From: Spirochaetia bacterium
GTDB taxonomy: Bacteria > Spirochaetota > Spirochaetia > DSM-2461
NCBI GenBank assembly: GCA_963668315.1
Contig: OY764216.1
Span: 1,824,001-1,888,000 of the forward strand
Reading direction: 5' to 3'
DNA: 64,000 nucleotides
The translations under genes and the position numbers were made by a program. The notes beneath the pieces are model-generated. The model saw only the letters and a program-made list of their open reading frames with translations. It was not told where the DNA came from and did not search any database. Shown one piece after another: positions 36,908 through 46,999 of the stretch (the stretch's first letter is position 1; each line of letters begins with the position of its first letter).

Positions 36908-37532
36908 TCCCGAAATATTCCGGTCTGTGAAAATCGGGTGTCTCCGTAAGGATTTCGTTCCAGGCTAGGAAATGGGGCTCTTTGAGATTGTCCCCGCATT
37001 TGTAAAAATTGGCCCGGAATGATCGGCCCGCCGGTTCGGCCAGATCGGTTCCAGAGAAAAGAGTCAGGGGGAGGGAGATGGTTATTTCCCAGGGTTCCGG
37101 ACAGTCTCGCTCGGCGAAGGGCTTGTTTCCCAGGCTGCTTTTGCTCAGGATTGCAGCCACCTGTCCAACGGGGAGGGGCCGGGATGTCTCCCGGGATGTG
37201 CCATGGGCCATATAGGCTGTCCCGATGCAGCTCACTTCAAGATTGAAATAGCTTCCGTCTCCCGGATTGATGAAGAATTCCACACAGCTGTCCCTGCAGA
37301 CGGGATCGTTAAGGGAGGAAAAGTCCGCCCTGACGCTCTTTTCCTCGACGTAATACTGGAGAATAAGTGAGTCCGATGCCCGGGCGATTTTAAAGCTCAC
37401 CCGGGGAACATAGGGATACTCTTTCCAGGGAGCCCTGTCCAGGATAAGGGCGGGCTCTGCCTTGAGCGCCTCTTCGGCCTCGGCTATTGATGATATAACC
37501 CGATTGATAAAGGGCACTTCCAGAGTCTTCAT
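36891..37532 (-). CDS. Carbohydrate-binding family 9-like protein
   Basis: DSCVEFFI..YFNLEVSCIG..ANFYKCGD..PHFL.W..PDFHRPEYFG. Confidence 0.85.
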   Translation of the reverse strand: MKTLEVPFINRVISSIAEAEEALKAEPALILDRAPWKEYPYVPRVSFKIARASDSLILQYYVEEKSVRADFSSLNDPVCRDSCVEFFINPGDGSYFNLEVSCIGTAYMAHGTSRETSRPLPVGQVAAILSKSSLGNKPFAERDCPEPWEITISLPLTLFSGTDLAEPAGRSFRANFYKCGDNLKEPHFLAWNEILTETPDFHRPEYFGTLHFL

Positions 37533-37542
37533 TATCGGTTTC

Positions 37543-38397
37543 TTATGCCGTGGGGGCTATGATATGGCGGGCGCGAAGATCGTCGGATTTTTCCAGCCAG
37601 AACTCCAGGAGGTTCTGTTGAATCCCGCCGAAGTACTTCCTTTCCATCTCCGCCGCCGCTTTACCGATATAACGGTAGTGCCAGCATTCGTAGGAGTAAC
37701 CGGTCAGTTCCTCCTTGCCTTTCGGAAAGGAGAGGGACCAGCCGTATTTCCATGCATTCTCCAGCTGCCAGACCCCTTCCGGTGTCGTTTCGTAGGAGTC
37801 GTCGATGTTGCCGAAATCGATAACCAGGCCCAGCTGATGCTGGGATTTGCCCGGTTGGGCCGAGATCTTATCCGCCTCATCTTTCCCCATCTGCTCTACC
37901 CAGTGGTTGTAGGTTTTCACCTGATACACATAGGACCGGTACGCGGAGGAGTGAAGCAGGGAGAGCCCCTCGGCCTTGGCGGCTTCGTTCATTTCGATGA
38001 GGGCCGGGAGGGCTATTCTGCGTATCTGCATGCCCTCTTTGTTTTTATCAAGAAGCCCGATATCGTCCAGGTTGACCAGATCTTCGGGGACGAAACTGCT
38101 CTCCAGGGGGTGCTGCTTATCCACAAGGGTGAAGAGGGAAGGATCCTCTGCCAGCATCTCGTCGGCCAGGGTAAGAAAACCGATGGGATCGGTTTTGATC
38201 GCATCCCCTATGGCCTTTCTGTCCTCCGAGGACATGTTTACTACGTCGTCGGCAAAGGTATTCATTTCTTCTTCCGTGTAAGAAAAGGATTTGTAAACGG
38301 CAAGGGGACCTGCCTGGTCGACTTGCGCCGTGTCGCTGTTCCGGGAACAGCCCGATAAAATCAAGAGAATCATAAGTGGGAAAAGATAAAATTTCAT
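37543..38397 (-). CDS. M15B (VanY-like) D,D-carboxypeptidase lipoprotein
   Basis: Lipobox LSGC; SAYRS, SA.PG.SQHQLG..D, ECWH; start moved to MKFYL at 38397. Confidence 0.92.
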   Translation of the reverse strand: MKFYLFPLMILLILSGCSRNSDTAQVDQAGPLAVYKSFSYTEEEMNTFADDVVNMSSEDRKAIGDAIKTDPIGFLTLADEMLAEDPSLFTLVDKQHPLESSFVPEDLVNLDDIGLLDKNKEGMQIRRIALPALIEMNEAAKAEGLSLLHSSAYRSYVYQVKTYNHWVEQMGKDEADKISAQPGKSQHQLGLVIDFGNIDDSYETTPEGVWQLENAWKYGWSLSFPKGKEELTGYSYECWHYRYIGKAAAEMERKYFGGIQQNLLEFWLEKSDDLRARHIIAPTA

Positions 38398-38490
38398 GGG
38401 GGAAATCCTAGCACCGATTGGTAAAATCATCAATATGACTCTGCTCTTTTCTTGACTGGAGTCGATGGGGAAAAGGGCCGGATAAAAAAA

Positions 38491-38610
38491 GAGGCAGGGA
38501 TTGTACCGGACATGAGCCAGGACCGCCCGGCGGCCCGGAGGTAGCCGGAAGAAGCGGTCCGGTTAAGCGAATGGGAGGGGAAAGCCCGGCCCGCTTCAGC
38601 GGGGCCTTCC
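38491..38610 (-). ncRNA. Flavo-1-like structured element, copy B
   Basis: Minus strand CCCGC-TGAA-GCGGG CCGGGCTTTCC..variable..CAATCCCT GCCTC. Confidence 0.5.
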
Positions 38611-38716
38611 GGGAGAAGAGGGATTCTTCCAGCCTCCAGGCCTCTGGGGACTACACAATCGGAGCTTTTTTTCTTATATTTCATAGGACCGGTTCCGCCG
38701 GAAGAGGAATGGAAAA

Positions 38717-39928
38717 TTGACAAGAGAAAAGCTCTATTATCACGATAACAGATTAACGACATTTACCGCCACTGTTTATGAATGTGAACGGGAGGGAGAC
38801 CGCTACGCCGTGGGACTGGACCGAACGGCTTTCTATCCCGAAGGGGGAGGACAGCCGGCGGACAGGGGAACGATTAACGGCATTCCCGTCCTCCATGTGG
38901 CCAAGGGGGATGAGTATCCCGTCCATTATCTGGGTTCTCCCCTGGAACCGGGCACCGATGTGGTGTGCCGGGTGGATTGGGAGTACCGTTTCGATTTCAT
39001 GCAGCAGCATACGGGGCAGCACATCCTGTCCTCCGTTTTCTGGAAGCTGGGCGAATGGGCCACCCTTTCGGTTCACCAGGGGGATGACTATACCTCCATT
39101 GAGTTGGATGAGGCGGAGTTGTCCGAGGAGGATTTATACCGCGTGGAGCGCGAGGCGAACAGGCTTGTCGCGGCCAATATCCCGGTGGAGACTTTCTGGG
39201 TGGAGGAGGAAGACCTGGATAAGTATCCTCTGCGCCGCCCTGCAAAGGTTTCCGGCCATATCCGCCTGGTCCGCATCGGCAAAGAGGAGTGCGTTCCCTG
39301 CGGCGGTGTCCATACCTCGAGGACGGGGGATGTGGGGCTTGTCTCTTTTCTGGGGCAGGAGAAGATCCGCGGGCGCATCAGAACTCTCTGGAAAATCGGG
39401 GAGCGGGCCTTCCGTCAGATGCGGGAGAATCAGAAGCTTCTCTCGAGTCTGGGTGTCAGGTATTCCGTGCCCCCCGCCGGTCTTCCCGAAAGGCTTGATT
39501 CTCTGGACCGGGATATTTTTGAAAGGGAAGGGCAGATCCGTCAGCTTCAGGACGAGCTGATGGCCCATCGTCTGGACGGTCTGGAAAATCAGATTGATGA
39601 TAAGGGCATCCTGACCGCCGTGGTATCCACGGAGGACAAGAAATTCCTCCAGGCGGCGGCGACCTCCCTTCTGGAGAAGGAGAACTGCCGTTTCGTCGCT
39701 CTGGTGAATCAGCGGGAAGGGGATCTCCAGTGGATCATCGGGGCCGGCGGGGATGTGGCCTTTGATTTTACCCGCGTCCGTAATGAGGTCCTGCCCCTTA
39801 TCAAGGGCAAGGGCGGCGGACGGGGTCCCATCTGGCAGGGCAAGGGGGAAGGTCCCGATGCGGAGGCATTTCTCGAAGCCCTGAGAAAGGGATGCTGCGA
39901 GAACGGAAGGGAACAGGATAAGCGCTGA
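38717..39928 (+). CDS. Alanyl-tRNA editing protein (AlaX-L with DHHA1 domain)
   Basis: TAFYPEGGGQP.DRG, MQQHTGQH, CGGVH, GKGGG. Confidence 0.92.
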   Translation: MTREKLYYHDNRLTTFTATVYECEREGDRYAVGLDRTAFYPEGGGQPADRGTINGIPVLHVAKGDEYPVHYLGSPLEPGTDVVCRVDWEYRFDFMQQHTGQHILSSVFWKLGEWATLSVHQGDDYTSIELDEAELSEEDLYRVEREANRLVAANIPVETFWVEEEDLDKYPLRRPAKVSGHIRLVRIGKEECVPCGGVHTSRTGDVGLVSFLGQEKIRGRIRTLWKIGERAFRQMRENQKLLSSLGVRYSVPPAGLPERLDSLDRDIFEREGQIRQLQDELMAHRLDGLENQIDDKGILTAVVSTEDKKFLQAAATSLLEKENCRFVALVNQREGDLQWIIGAGGDVAFDFTRVRNEVLPLIKGKGGGRGPIWQGKGEGPDAEAFLEALRKGCCENGREQDKR

Positions 39929-39971
39929 ATTCGCCCTTGATCTGCCGGTAAAATGATGGTAATTTGTTCCC

Positions 39972-40325
39972 ATGGGAAAAAAGCTTTTCACCGTTGTGGT
40001 CATTCTGGCCGTGGCGGCTTTCATTTATTACAATAAAGGCTCCATGGTTGAACGGTATAAAACCAGAAAAAATCTGGAGAACCGTCTGGAAGAGATAACC
40101 GGCTCCGATGTGGATTTGAGAAAATTCTTCAAAGGTCTGGAGGGAGTCAACCGGGATCTCGGGGATTTGAAAGAGGATGGCCTTAATGATATTAAGGATC
40201 GTCTTGACAGCCTGACTCAGGAGGAGAGAGACGGTCTTTCCCGTCTTCTTGATGAAAAAGGGGATGATCTGGAATCCTTTCTGAATGAAGTCGTCAGGGA
40301 TGGGGATAAGGGGGAGAATCCATGA
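39972..40325 (+). CDS. Hypothetical protein with N-terminal membrane anchor
   Basis: Hydrophobic N-terminus, helical acidic body; promoter TTGATC-N17-TAATTT 6 nt upstream. Confidence 0.75.
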   Translation: MGKKLFTVVVILAVAAFIYYNKGSMVERYKTRKNLENRLEEITGSDVDLRKFFKGLEGVNRDLGDLKEDGLNDIKDRLDSLTQEERDGLSRLLDEKGDDLESFLNEVVRDGDKGENP

Positions 40326-40744
40326 GCCGGAACGGCGATGAGAAAATGCGTGAGGAATTCTGGAAGGGTATGGCCGAGGAGACGGGCGAGGAGATTCTGA
40401 ATCACGCTCTGCTGCGCGTTATGGCTTCCGAACCGGATGGGGATCTGAAGGATAAGTGGCTCCTTTTCTTCTCTACGGAAAATTGTCTGTACTACAAGAG
40501 ATTCCCCTCCGATTCCATGATGGCGAGACTCTTCAATACGGGCGAAAAGGAGAAGGAGTATCCCCTCGAGGGGCTCCGCTGGGAGAATATCCGCTGTATC
40601 GGAAACAAGAAAAGAAGCTTGATCGCCCGTCTGCTGGGATCTCCCGCCTCCCTGGAACTGAGGTGGGGTGACGGTCCGCGCCTCTTTATCGAGATGGACC
40701 GGGCCGGCGAGGCTCTTTTTAAGGGACGGTTGGAAGAGGCATGA
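40322..40744 (+). CDS. Hypothetical protein
   Basis: ATGA overlaps with both neighbouring genes; GGAG SD. Confidence 0.7.
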   Translation: MSRNGDEKMREEFWKGMAEETGEEILNHALLRVMASEPDGDLKDKWLLFFSTENCLYYKRFPSDSMMARLFNTGEKEKEYPLEGLRWENIRCIGNKKRSLIARLLGSPASLELRWGDGPRLFIEMDRAGEALFKGRLEEA

Positions 40745-41463
40745 CCGTAAGCGTATACGGAATGGGCCGCTTCGGCCGTTTCTGGGCATCCGAACTCAGC
40801 CGGGCCATTCCCGATATAGGCGGGTATAACAGAACGCCCCGCGAACTTCCTCCTTCGGTAAGGCCCGTCAGTTTTGAAGATCTCTGCGGTTCGGACGTCA
40901 TTATCCTCACCACGGCCATCTCTTCCATGGAGGAGGTGCTGAAGAAGATAGCTCCCCTTATAAAGAAAGATGCCCTGGTTATGGATTGCTGCTCCGTGAA
41001 GGTGTGGCCGGCGGAGGTGATGGAGAAATACCTTCCCCCGGAAACGGCTATTCTGGGAACCCACCCCATGTTCGGCCCCGATTCGGGAAAGAACGGTATC
41101 GAGGGCCTTCCCATCGTCGTCTCTCCCATCCGGGTGGACAGGGAAAGGGAGGAGTTCTGGAAGGGCGTTTTCGCTTCCCTGAGGCTTGATATTCATGTGA
41201 TGACCCCCGATGAACACGACAGGGAAGCGGCTTTTACCCAGGGGATCACCCACTATATCGGGCGGATTCTGGGGGATATGAAGCTGGAGGACAGCCCTAT
41301 CGCCACCTCGGGATACCGCAGCCTCCAGAAAATTGTGGAACAGACCTGCAACGACGACTGGCAGCTTTTTCTGGATCTGCAGAATTATAATCCTCATACC
41401 GAAGAGATGAGGAGTAAGCTGGACAGGGTTCTGGCAAAAATGATAAAGTACTTACATCCCTAG
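40741..41463 (+). CDS. tyrA: Prephenate/arogenate dehydrogenase
   Basis: GMGRFG, D.CSVK, THPMFGPDS, DEHDR..A.TQG.TH. Confidence 0.92.
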   Translation: MTVSVYGMGRFGRFWASELSRAIPDIGGYNRTPRELPPSVRPVSFEDLCGSDVIILTTAISSMEEVLKKIAPLIKKDALVMDCCSVKVWPAEVMEKYLPPETAILGTHPMFGPDSGKNGIEGLPIVVSPIRVDREREEFWKGVFASLRLDIHVMTPDEHDREAAFTQGITHYIGRILGDMKLEDSPIATSGYRSLQKIVEQTCNDDWQLFLDLQNYNPHTEEMRSKLDRVLAKMIKYLHP

Positions 41464-41501
41464 GGGCCTGTTCCCGGGGTGAAAATATTCAGGAGGCCGA
41501 A

Positions 41502-41870
41502 TTGGCGGAACTGGAAATACACGAAAAACGTGTTTATGAGAAAAACATCAGCACCGTATTGACCGAGGAGATCCATTTCTCCGGTGAACTGTATTTTTCC
41601 AAGGATCTGATGATCAAAGGGGAATTTTACGGGGCGGTCAAGGCTACGGGGAATCTGTATATAGAGGAAAGCGCCCACGTGGAGGCGGAGATTACGGCCG
41701 GCTCTGTCTATGTAAAGGGCTGCGTCAAAGGAAATATTGTCGCCGAAAACCGTGTGGAACTGCATGGGACGGCGGAAGTGACGGGCGATATCACCGCCCC
41801 CCAGATAGTGATGGATACGGGTTGCCGCTTCGACGGGACCAGCCGTATGCAAAGGAGGTCCGGCGTATGA
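41502..41870 (+). CDS. Bactofilin (polymer-forming cytoskeletal protein)
   Basis: F.GEL..L.I.G.F.G..V.AEI.A..V.V.G.V.GNI..V.GDI..G.F.G repeat pattern; AGGAGG SD with TTG start. Confidence 0.92.
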   Translation: MAELEIHEKRVYEKNISTVLTEEIHFSGELYFSKDLMIKGEFYGAVKATGNLYIEESAHVEAEITAGSVYVKGCVKGNIVAENRVELHGTAEVTGDITAPQIVMDTGCRFDGTSRMQRRSGV

Positions 41871-42499
41871 GAAAGGGATTGATACTACTGTTTTTTGCTG
41901 CCCTGCTTCTTCCCGCTGCTGCCCAGGAGGCAGCCAAGGAAGATGCTCTGGAGCTTTACCGCAACGGAAATTACGAGCGGGCCATTGAGGTCTGCCAGGG
42001 GGAACTTGAGGTCTATAACGACGATCAGGTAAACAAAATTCTCGACTCCTATACGGTTATGTGCTGGTCTCTCATCAGGCTGGACCGCTATGATGATGTT
42101 ATTAAATACGGCCGTGAAGCCCTGAGTGTCTTCCGGTATGACCAGAGGATTATTGAGACCCTGGGGGAAGCCTATTTTTATAAAGGGGATAACCTCAATT
42201 CTCTGGACTATTTCGAACAGTACGCCGTATTGAATCCCACGGGGCAGTGGATTCAGAACGCCTATTACTACATGGGCGAAATCTATATTCGCCTGGGTGA
42301 GTTCGCCCATGCCGATATAGCCCTGTCCACGGCGTTGTACCATTCGCCCAATACGGCCGGGTGGTGGAGCCGCCTTGGTTACGCCAAGGAGATGGAAGAG
42401 GATAAGGACGGCGCACTGGAGGCCTACCGCAAGGCCGTGGGACTCCAGCCGAATAACGAAGCCGCCCTGTCCGGTCTGGAGAGACTGCAGGGCAACTGA
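41867..42499 (+). CDS. Exported TPR protein
   Basis: Signal peptide (AAA-Q), several TPR repeats; start 41867 after AGGAGG. Confidence 0.85.
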   Translation: MRKGLILLFFAALLLPAAAQEAAKEDALELYRNGNYERAIEVCQGELEVYNDDQVNKILDSYTVMCWSLIRLDRYDDVIKYGREALSVFRYDQRIIETLGEAYFYKGDNLNSLDYFEQYAVLNPTGQWIQNAYYYMGEIYIRLGEFAHADIALSTALYHSPNTAGWWSRLGYAKEMEEDKDGALEAYRKAVGLQPNNEAALSGLERLQGN

Positions 42500-43833
42500 T
42501 GAAAGCCGCTTTCCATACTTTCGGGTGCCGTCTCAACCAGCTTGAGACGGAAGCCCTGGCAGACGCTTTCCGTCATGCCGGTTTTACCCTTGTCTCCTCT
42601 TCGGAGGAGGCCCTCGTCTATGTTATCAATACCTGTACTGTCACCTCAAAAAGCGAACAGAAGGCGCGGGGGCTGATCAGGCGCCTAAGCCGGGAAAATC
42701 CCGGTTCCGTCGTGATCGTCACCGGCTGTTATACCGAAATGGAAGAGGACCTGATCGGCTCCCTGGGACATAACGTCTTTGCCGTCTCCCTGCGGGAGAA
42801 GGATCTGATACAGGATTATGCCCTCTTTCTTGTGAACCATTCCGAGGGGGACGGGGACGCTTTGCTTTCCCGTACCCAAATCTGGTTCCGGGATAACGGA
42901 CGGTCAGAAGAGTCGGCCGAAGCCCGCTTCCGTTTTGTCCCCGATGATTTTACCTATCACACCCGGGCTTACGTGAAAATCCAGGACGGCTGCGACAACG
43001 CCTGCGCCTACTGCCGGGTGACTCTGGCCCGGGGCGCTTCGGTTTCCCTGGACCGGGAGGAAGTTTTGAGCCGGGTGAGGCTGCTCGAAGAGAAGGGCTT
43101 CGCCGAGGTCACTCTGACAGGTGTTAATATCGACTCCTACCGCTCCGGAGAGACGGGGCTGGCAGGACTTCTGACGTATCTTACGGAGAATACTTCGGTC
43201 ATCCGCTTCAGGCTTTCTTCCCTGGATCCGGATACTTTCACAGCCGAACTGGCCGGAGCCGTGGCCCATGAACGGGTCTGCCCCTATTTTCACCTCTCCG
43301 TACAGTCCGGTTCGGACCATGTCCTTAAGGAAATGAACCGCCGCTACGGCCGGGAAGATGTCTTCCGGGCCGTGGAGCTGCTTCGTGAGACGAAGGATAA
43401 CCCTTTTATTTCCGCCGATATCATCGTGGGATTCCCCGGGGAGACGGAGGAGATGTTCGCCGATACGCTGGACCTGATGGAGAAGGCCCGTTTTTCCCGG
43501 GCCCACGTCTTTCCCTACTCGCCCCGTCCGGGGACTCCCGCCTTTGAGAGGAAGGATGAGGTTCAGCAGAGTCTCATCACGGAGAGAACGGGGCGGCTCA
43601 GGAGAATGATGGCCCGGAGTCAGTCCGATTACGCCCGCAGCTGGGAAGGCCGGGAACTGGACGTAGTCTGGGAATCGGAAGCCGACGGGTATCTGACGGG
43701 TATCAGCGGGAATTATCTGACATGCCGGAAAATAGCCGGGAGCGGAGCCGGCAAGGGTCGGTGCGAACGGGCGGTTGCTGTAAAATACGGGGTGGTGCCC
43801 GGTGTTATGGACTGCGGAGGGGCTCAGGAGTGA
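42499..43833 (+). CDS. mtaB: tRNA ms2t6A methylthiotransferase MtaB
   Basis: TFGCRLNQ.E, INTCTVT, VTGCY, KIQDGCDNACAYC, HVFPYSPRPGT. Confidence 0.95.
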   Translation: MKAAFHTFGCRLNQLETEALADAFRHAGFTLVSSSEEALVYVINTCTVTSKSEQKARGLIRRLSRENPGSVVIVTGCYTEMEEDLIGSLGHNVFAVSLREKDLIQDYALFLVNHSEGDGDALLSRTQIWFRDNGRSEESAEARFRFVPDDFTYHTRAYVKIQDGCDNACAYCRVTLARGASVSLDREEVLSRVRLLEEKGFAEVTLTGVNIDSYRSGETGLAGLLTYLTENTSVIRFRLSSLDPDTFTAELAGAVAHERVCPYFHLSVQSGSDHVLKEMNRRYGREDVFRAVELLRETKDNPFISADIIVGFPGETEEMFADTLDLMEKARFSRAHVFPYSPRPGTPAFERKDEVQQSLITERTGRLRRMMARSQSDYARSWEGRELDVVWESEADGYLTGISGNYLTCRKIAGSGAGKGRCERAVAVKYGVVPGVMDCGGAQE

Positions 43834-44354
43834 AGACGGCCCTGATGATGATAGACGTACAGAATATCATGCTCACCGAAGAGGGGGGAGCTCACGAGGC
43901 GGATCTGATCATATCGCGCATTTCGCGGCTTCTGGGCAAAGCCCGGGAGGAGGCCGTCCCCGTTATCTATATTCAGCATACCGAAAAAGAGGGTGAACTG
44001 GCGGAAGGCCGGCCGGGCTGGGAGATCTGCCGGGCCGTAGCGCCCCGTGAGGGGGAAGCGGTCGTTCGGAAAGGATCCTGGGATGCCTTTCTGGAGACGG
44101 AGCTTGATCCTCTCTTGAAAAGAAAGGGTATCGAGAGGCTTGTTATTTGCGGAATGCAGACCGAATTTTGCGTAGATACCACCCTGCGGAGCGCCTACGC
44201 CCGGGGTTACCGTGAAAATATCGCCGTTTCCGACGGGCATACCACCTTTGACTCGGAGGTTTTACCGGCCCGGAAGATACGGGATCACCACAACCGGATT
44301 TGGGGAGGTCGTTTCGCCCGTTTGATCGAAGCGGAGCACGTGGAATTCCGGTGA
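43830..44354 (+). CDS. Isochorismatase-family cysteine hydrolase
   Basis: ID.Q, K..DAF.ET.L, GMQTEFCVDTT.R.A; GTG start 43830. Confidence 0.92.
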   Translation: MKTALMMIDVQNIMLTEEGGAHEADLIISRISRLLGKAREEAVPVIYIQHTEKEGELAEGRPGWEICRAVAPREGEAVVRKGSWDAFLETELDPLLKRKGIERLVICGMQTEFCVDTTLRSAYARGYRENIAVSDGHTTFDSEVLPARKIRDHHNRIWGGRFARLIEAEHVEFR

Positions 44355-44470
44355 GGGATTGAAGTGGTTAGGGCGCCCGGGCTCCCGGCGGACCGGGGAG
44401 GGAAGCCGGATCGAGAGGCCGGGAAGAAGCCCTTCGAACGGAAAGCCCGGTCCCGGAGGGACGCCGCCGG
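44348..44470 (-). ncRNA. Flavo-1-like structured element, copy C
   Basis: Minus strand CCGG..TCCCTCCGGGA CCGGGCTTTCCGTTC..variable..CCACTTCAATCCCTCA CCGG. Confidence 0.6.
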
Positions 44471-44563
44471 GGGAAATTCCTTTTTTCTCACATCTTTGAT
44501 ATTGACCCTAATCCTTTAATCGGTGTATAAATACCGGGCGTAAATTTAATTAATGGGTGAACT

Positions 44564-45895
44564 ATGCTTGATAATTTAGCTTCCCGTTTTACCGATATTA
44601 CGAGAAAACTATCGGGAAATGCGAAGATAACCGACAAAAATATTGAACAGGCCGTTGAGGAAATCAAGGCCGCCTTACTCGACGCGGACGTCAATCTCCG
44701 TGTGGTTCGCCGGCTGGTCAACCGCACCATGGACGAGGTGCGCGGACAGGACGTTCTCAAGTCGGTTAATCCGGGGCAGCAGTTTATCAAGATTATCCAT
44801 GACAAGATGGTTGACCTGCTCGGTTCGTCCCGGCAGGAGCTGGAGCTTAAGGGAAAGGATACCACGAGCGTTATCCTGTTTCTCGGTCTCCAGGGTGCCG
44901 GAAAAACCACCGCCGCCGCCAAACTTGCCAACCTTCTCAAGACGAAGGAGAGCCGTAAGGTCCTTCTCGTCGCCTGTGACCTGGTACGTCCCGCCGCTGT
45001 TGAACAGCTTTCCGTTTTGGGCGGGCAGATCGATGTGGAAGTCTACAGGGAAGATACGAAAGACGCCGTCAAGGTTGCCAAGAACGCTCTAAAGTACGCT
45101 AAAAAGAATCTTTTCGACACGGTTATCATCGATACGGCCGGTCGGTTGCAGATAGATGAAGCCATGATGGGGGAAATCGTCAAGGTCCGCGATGCGGTCA
45201 AGCCCGATGAAACCCTTCTGGTCGCCGACGCCATGACCGGACAGACCGCTGTGGACATTGCCAAGAGCTTTGACGAGCAGATGGGTCTGACCGGTGTGAT
45301 TTTAACCAAGTTTGACTCGGACACCAGGGGTGGTGCGGCTATCTCCCTGCGTTCCGTCACCGGCAAGCCGATTAAATTTATCGGTGTGGGGGAGAAGATC
45401 GCCGATCTGGAACCCTTCTATCCCGAGAGGATTGCCGGCCGTATTCTGGGCATGGGGGACGTGGTTTCCCTGGTGGAAAAAGCCCAGGAACATGCGGACG
45501 AAGAGGAAGCACTGAGACTGCAGAAAAAAATGGCCGGAGGAACTTTTACCCTCGAGGACTATCTGGCCCAGTTTCAGCAGGTGAAAAAGATGGGCAGCAT
45601 GGAGTCTCTTATCAAGATGATTCCCGGAGCCGCCAATCTTCCCGAGAACGCTGTTGACGAAAAGAAAATGAAATTGGAAGAGGCCATAATTCTCTCGATG
45701 ACGCCCGGAGAAAGGCAGAATCATCGGATTATCGGACCTCCCCGTCGCAAGAGGATAGCGAATGGTAGCGGAACATCTGTGGCAGACGTCAATCGGCTTA
45801 TCAAGAATTTCGAGAAGACCAAGAACATGATGAAGAAGCTTACGAAGAACAAAGGCATGCAGGCTCAGCTGATGAAACAGCTCGGCGGCATGTAA
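44564..45895 (+). CDS. ffh: Signal recognition particle protein Ffh
   Basis: ALLDADV, GLQGAGKTT, DTAGR, TKFD.D.RGG, RILGMGD, M domain. Confidence 0.98.
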   Translation: MLDNLASRFTDITRKLSGNAKITDKNIEQAVEEIKAALLDADVNLRVVRRLVNRTMDEVRGQDVLKSVNPGQQFIKIIHDKMVDLLGSSRQELELKGKDTTSVILFLGLQGAGKTTAAAKLANLLKTKESRKVLLVACDLVRPAAVEQLSVLGGQIDVEVYREDTKDAVKVAKNALKYAKKNLFDTVIIDTAGRLQIDEAMMGEIVKVRDAVKPDETLLVADAMTGQTAVDIAKSFDEQMGLTGVILTKFDSDTRGGAAISLRSVTGKPIKFIGVGEKIADLEPFYPERIAGRILGMGDVVSLVEKAQEHADEEEALRLQKKMAGGTFTLEDYLAQFQQVKKMGSMESLIKMIPGAANLPENAVDEKKMKLEEAIILSMTPGERQNHRIIGPPRRKRIANGSGTSVADVNRLIKNFEKTKNMMKKLTKNKGMQAQLMKQLGGM

Positions 45896-45933
45896 CTGAA
45901 CGGATATAAAGAGACTACACTAAGGAGAAATCT

Positions 45934-46182
45934 GTGGTTAAAATCAGACTGAAGAGACTGGGTTCAAAGAAGAGACCCTATTACCGCGTTGTTGTTATGG
46001 ATTCCAGAATGGCCCGGGACAGCCGGACCCTGGAAGAGGTAGGTATCTACCACCCCCTCGAAACGGAGGACAAGCAGTTTTCCGTAGAAGAGGAAGCCGT
46101 TAAGGCATGGCTTGGCAAGGGCGCCAAACCTTCTCCCACTGTTAAAAGACTTCTTAACAAAAAGGGCATTACCGTAAAATAA
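45934..46182 (+). CDS. rpsP: 30S ribosomal protein S16
   Basis: VKIRLKR.G.K.RPYYRVVV.DSR. Confidence 0.98.
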   Translation: MVKIRLKRLGSKKRPYYRVVVMDSRMARDSRTLEEVGIYHPLETEDKQFSVEEEAVKAWLGKGAKPSPTVKRLLNKKGITVK

Positions 46183-46232
46183 GGTATCTCGCAGGCTTCG
46201 GTTTCTTCCGGGGCCAACGTAAGGAGTAAAGC

Positions 46233-46466
46233 ATGGAGAAGGAACTGGTTGAATATATCGCCCGTTCTCTCGTGGATGATCCCGATGGGGTCGAAGTGAA
46301 CAGGATCGACGGCGAAAAGTCCACCATTCTGGAACTGCGTGTTTCGGAAAGCGACGTGGGCAAAGTGATCGGAAAGCACGGTCGGATTGCCAAGGCAGTC
46401 AGAACCATTCTTTCCGCGTCGGCCAACAAGTCGGGTAAACGGCTTGTTCTGGAAATTCTGGACTGA
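46233..46466 (+). CDS. khpA: KH-domain RNA-binding protein KhpA
   Basis: D.GKVIGK.GRIAKAVR; conserved position after rpsP. Confidence 0.93.
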   Translation: MEKELVEYIARSLVDDPDGVEVNRIDGEKSTILELRVSESDVGKVIGKHGRIAKAVRTILSASANKSGKRLVLEILD

Positions 46467-46468
46467 TC

Positions 46469-46999
46469 ATGGCCGGTGACGGTCAGCAGAAAGAGTTTCT
46501 GGCCATTGGGAGCATACGAACCTCCCATGGGGTGAAAGGCCTTTTAAAGGTACAGAGTTTTTCCGGCGAGATAGACCATTTTTTTGATCTGGAAGAGGTG
46601 ACTCTGAAGGATAAGAGAGGTCGTGAAAGGGTTTTTACCGTGGAGCGGGTGACGCAGAACGGTAAGGAGCTTCTTATGAAGCTGAAGGGCATAGACACGC
46701 CGGAGATGGGGAAAACCTTCGCCGGATGCGAGATATGGGTGCCCCGGGAAATGGCCGCTCCCTGCGACGAGGGGGAGTTTTACTATGCCGATCTGATAGG
46801 GTGCCGCCTGTATAACGGGGATAAGACCCTGGGTATGGTGCTGTCCGTTTCGGACGGCGGAGGCGGAACCCTGCTTGAAGTGGAACGGACCGGAGGGGAA
46901 GGACGTTTTTTCGTTCCCTTTCGGAAAGAGTTCATCGGACAGGTGGATGTGGCCGGAAAGGCAGTTGAATTATTGGAATTATGGGTGGCGGAGGAATGA
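46469..46999 (+). CDS. rimM: Ribosome maturation factor RimM
   Basis: IG.I..SHGVKG, EFYYADLIG, VPF. Confidence 0.94.
   Translation: MAGDGQQKEFLAIGSIRTSHGVKGLLKVQSFSGEIDHFFDLEEVTLKDKRGRERVFTVERVTQNGKELLMKLKGIDTPEMGKTFAGCEIWVPREMAAPCDEGEFYYADLIGCRLYNGDKTLGMVLSVSDGGGGTLLEVERTGGEGRFFVPFRKEFIGQVDVAGKAVELLELWVAEE

Noticed and set aside
36496..36930. 144-aa ORF (or a shorter version from ATG 36730) across the intergenic region
   Set aside because: Crosses a terminator, has no SD, and ATG 36730 overlaps the predicted -10 box; a non-coding interpretation fits better but is unproven
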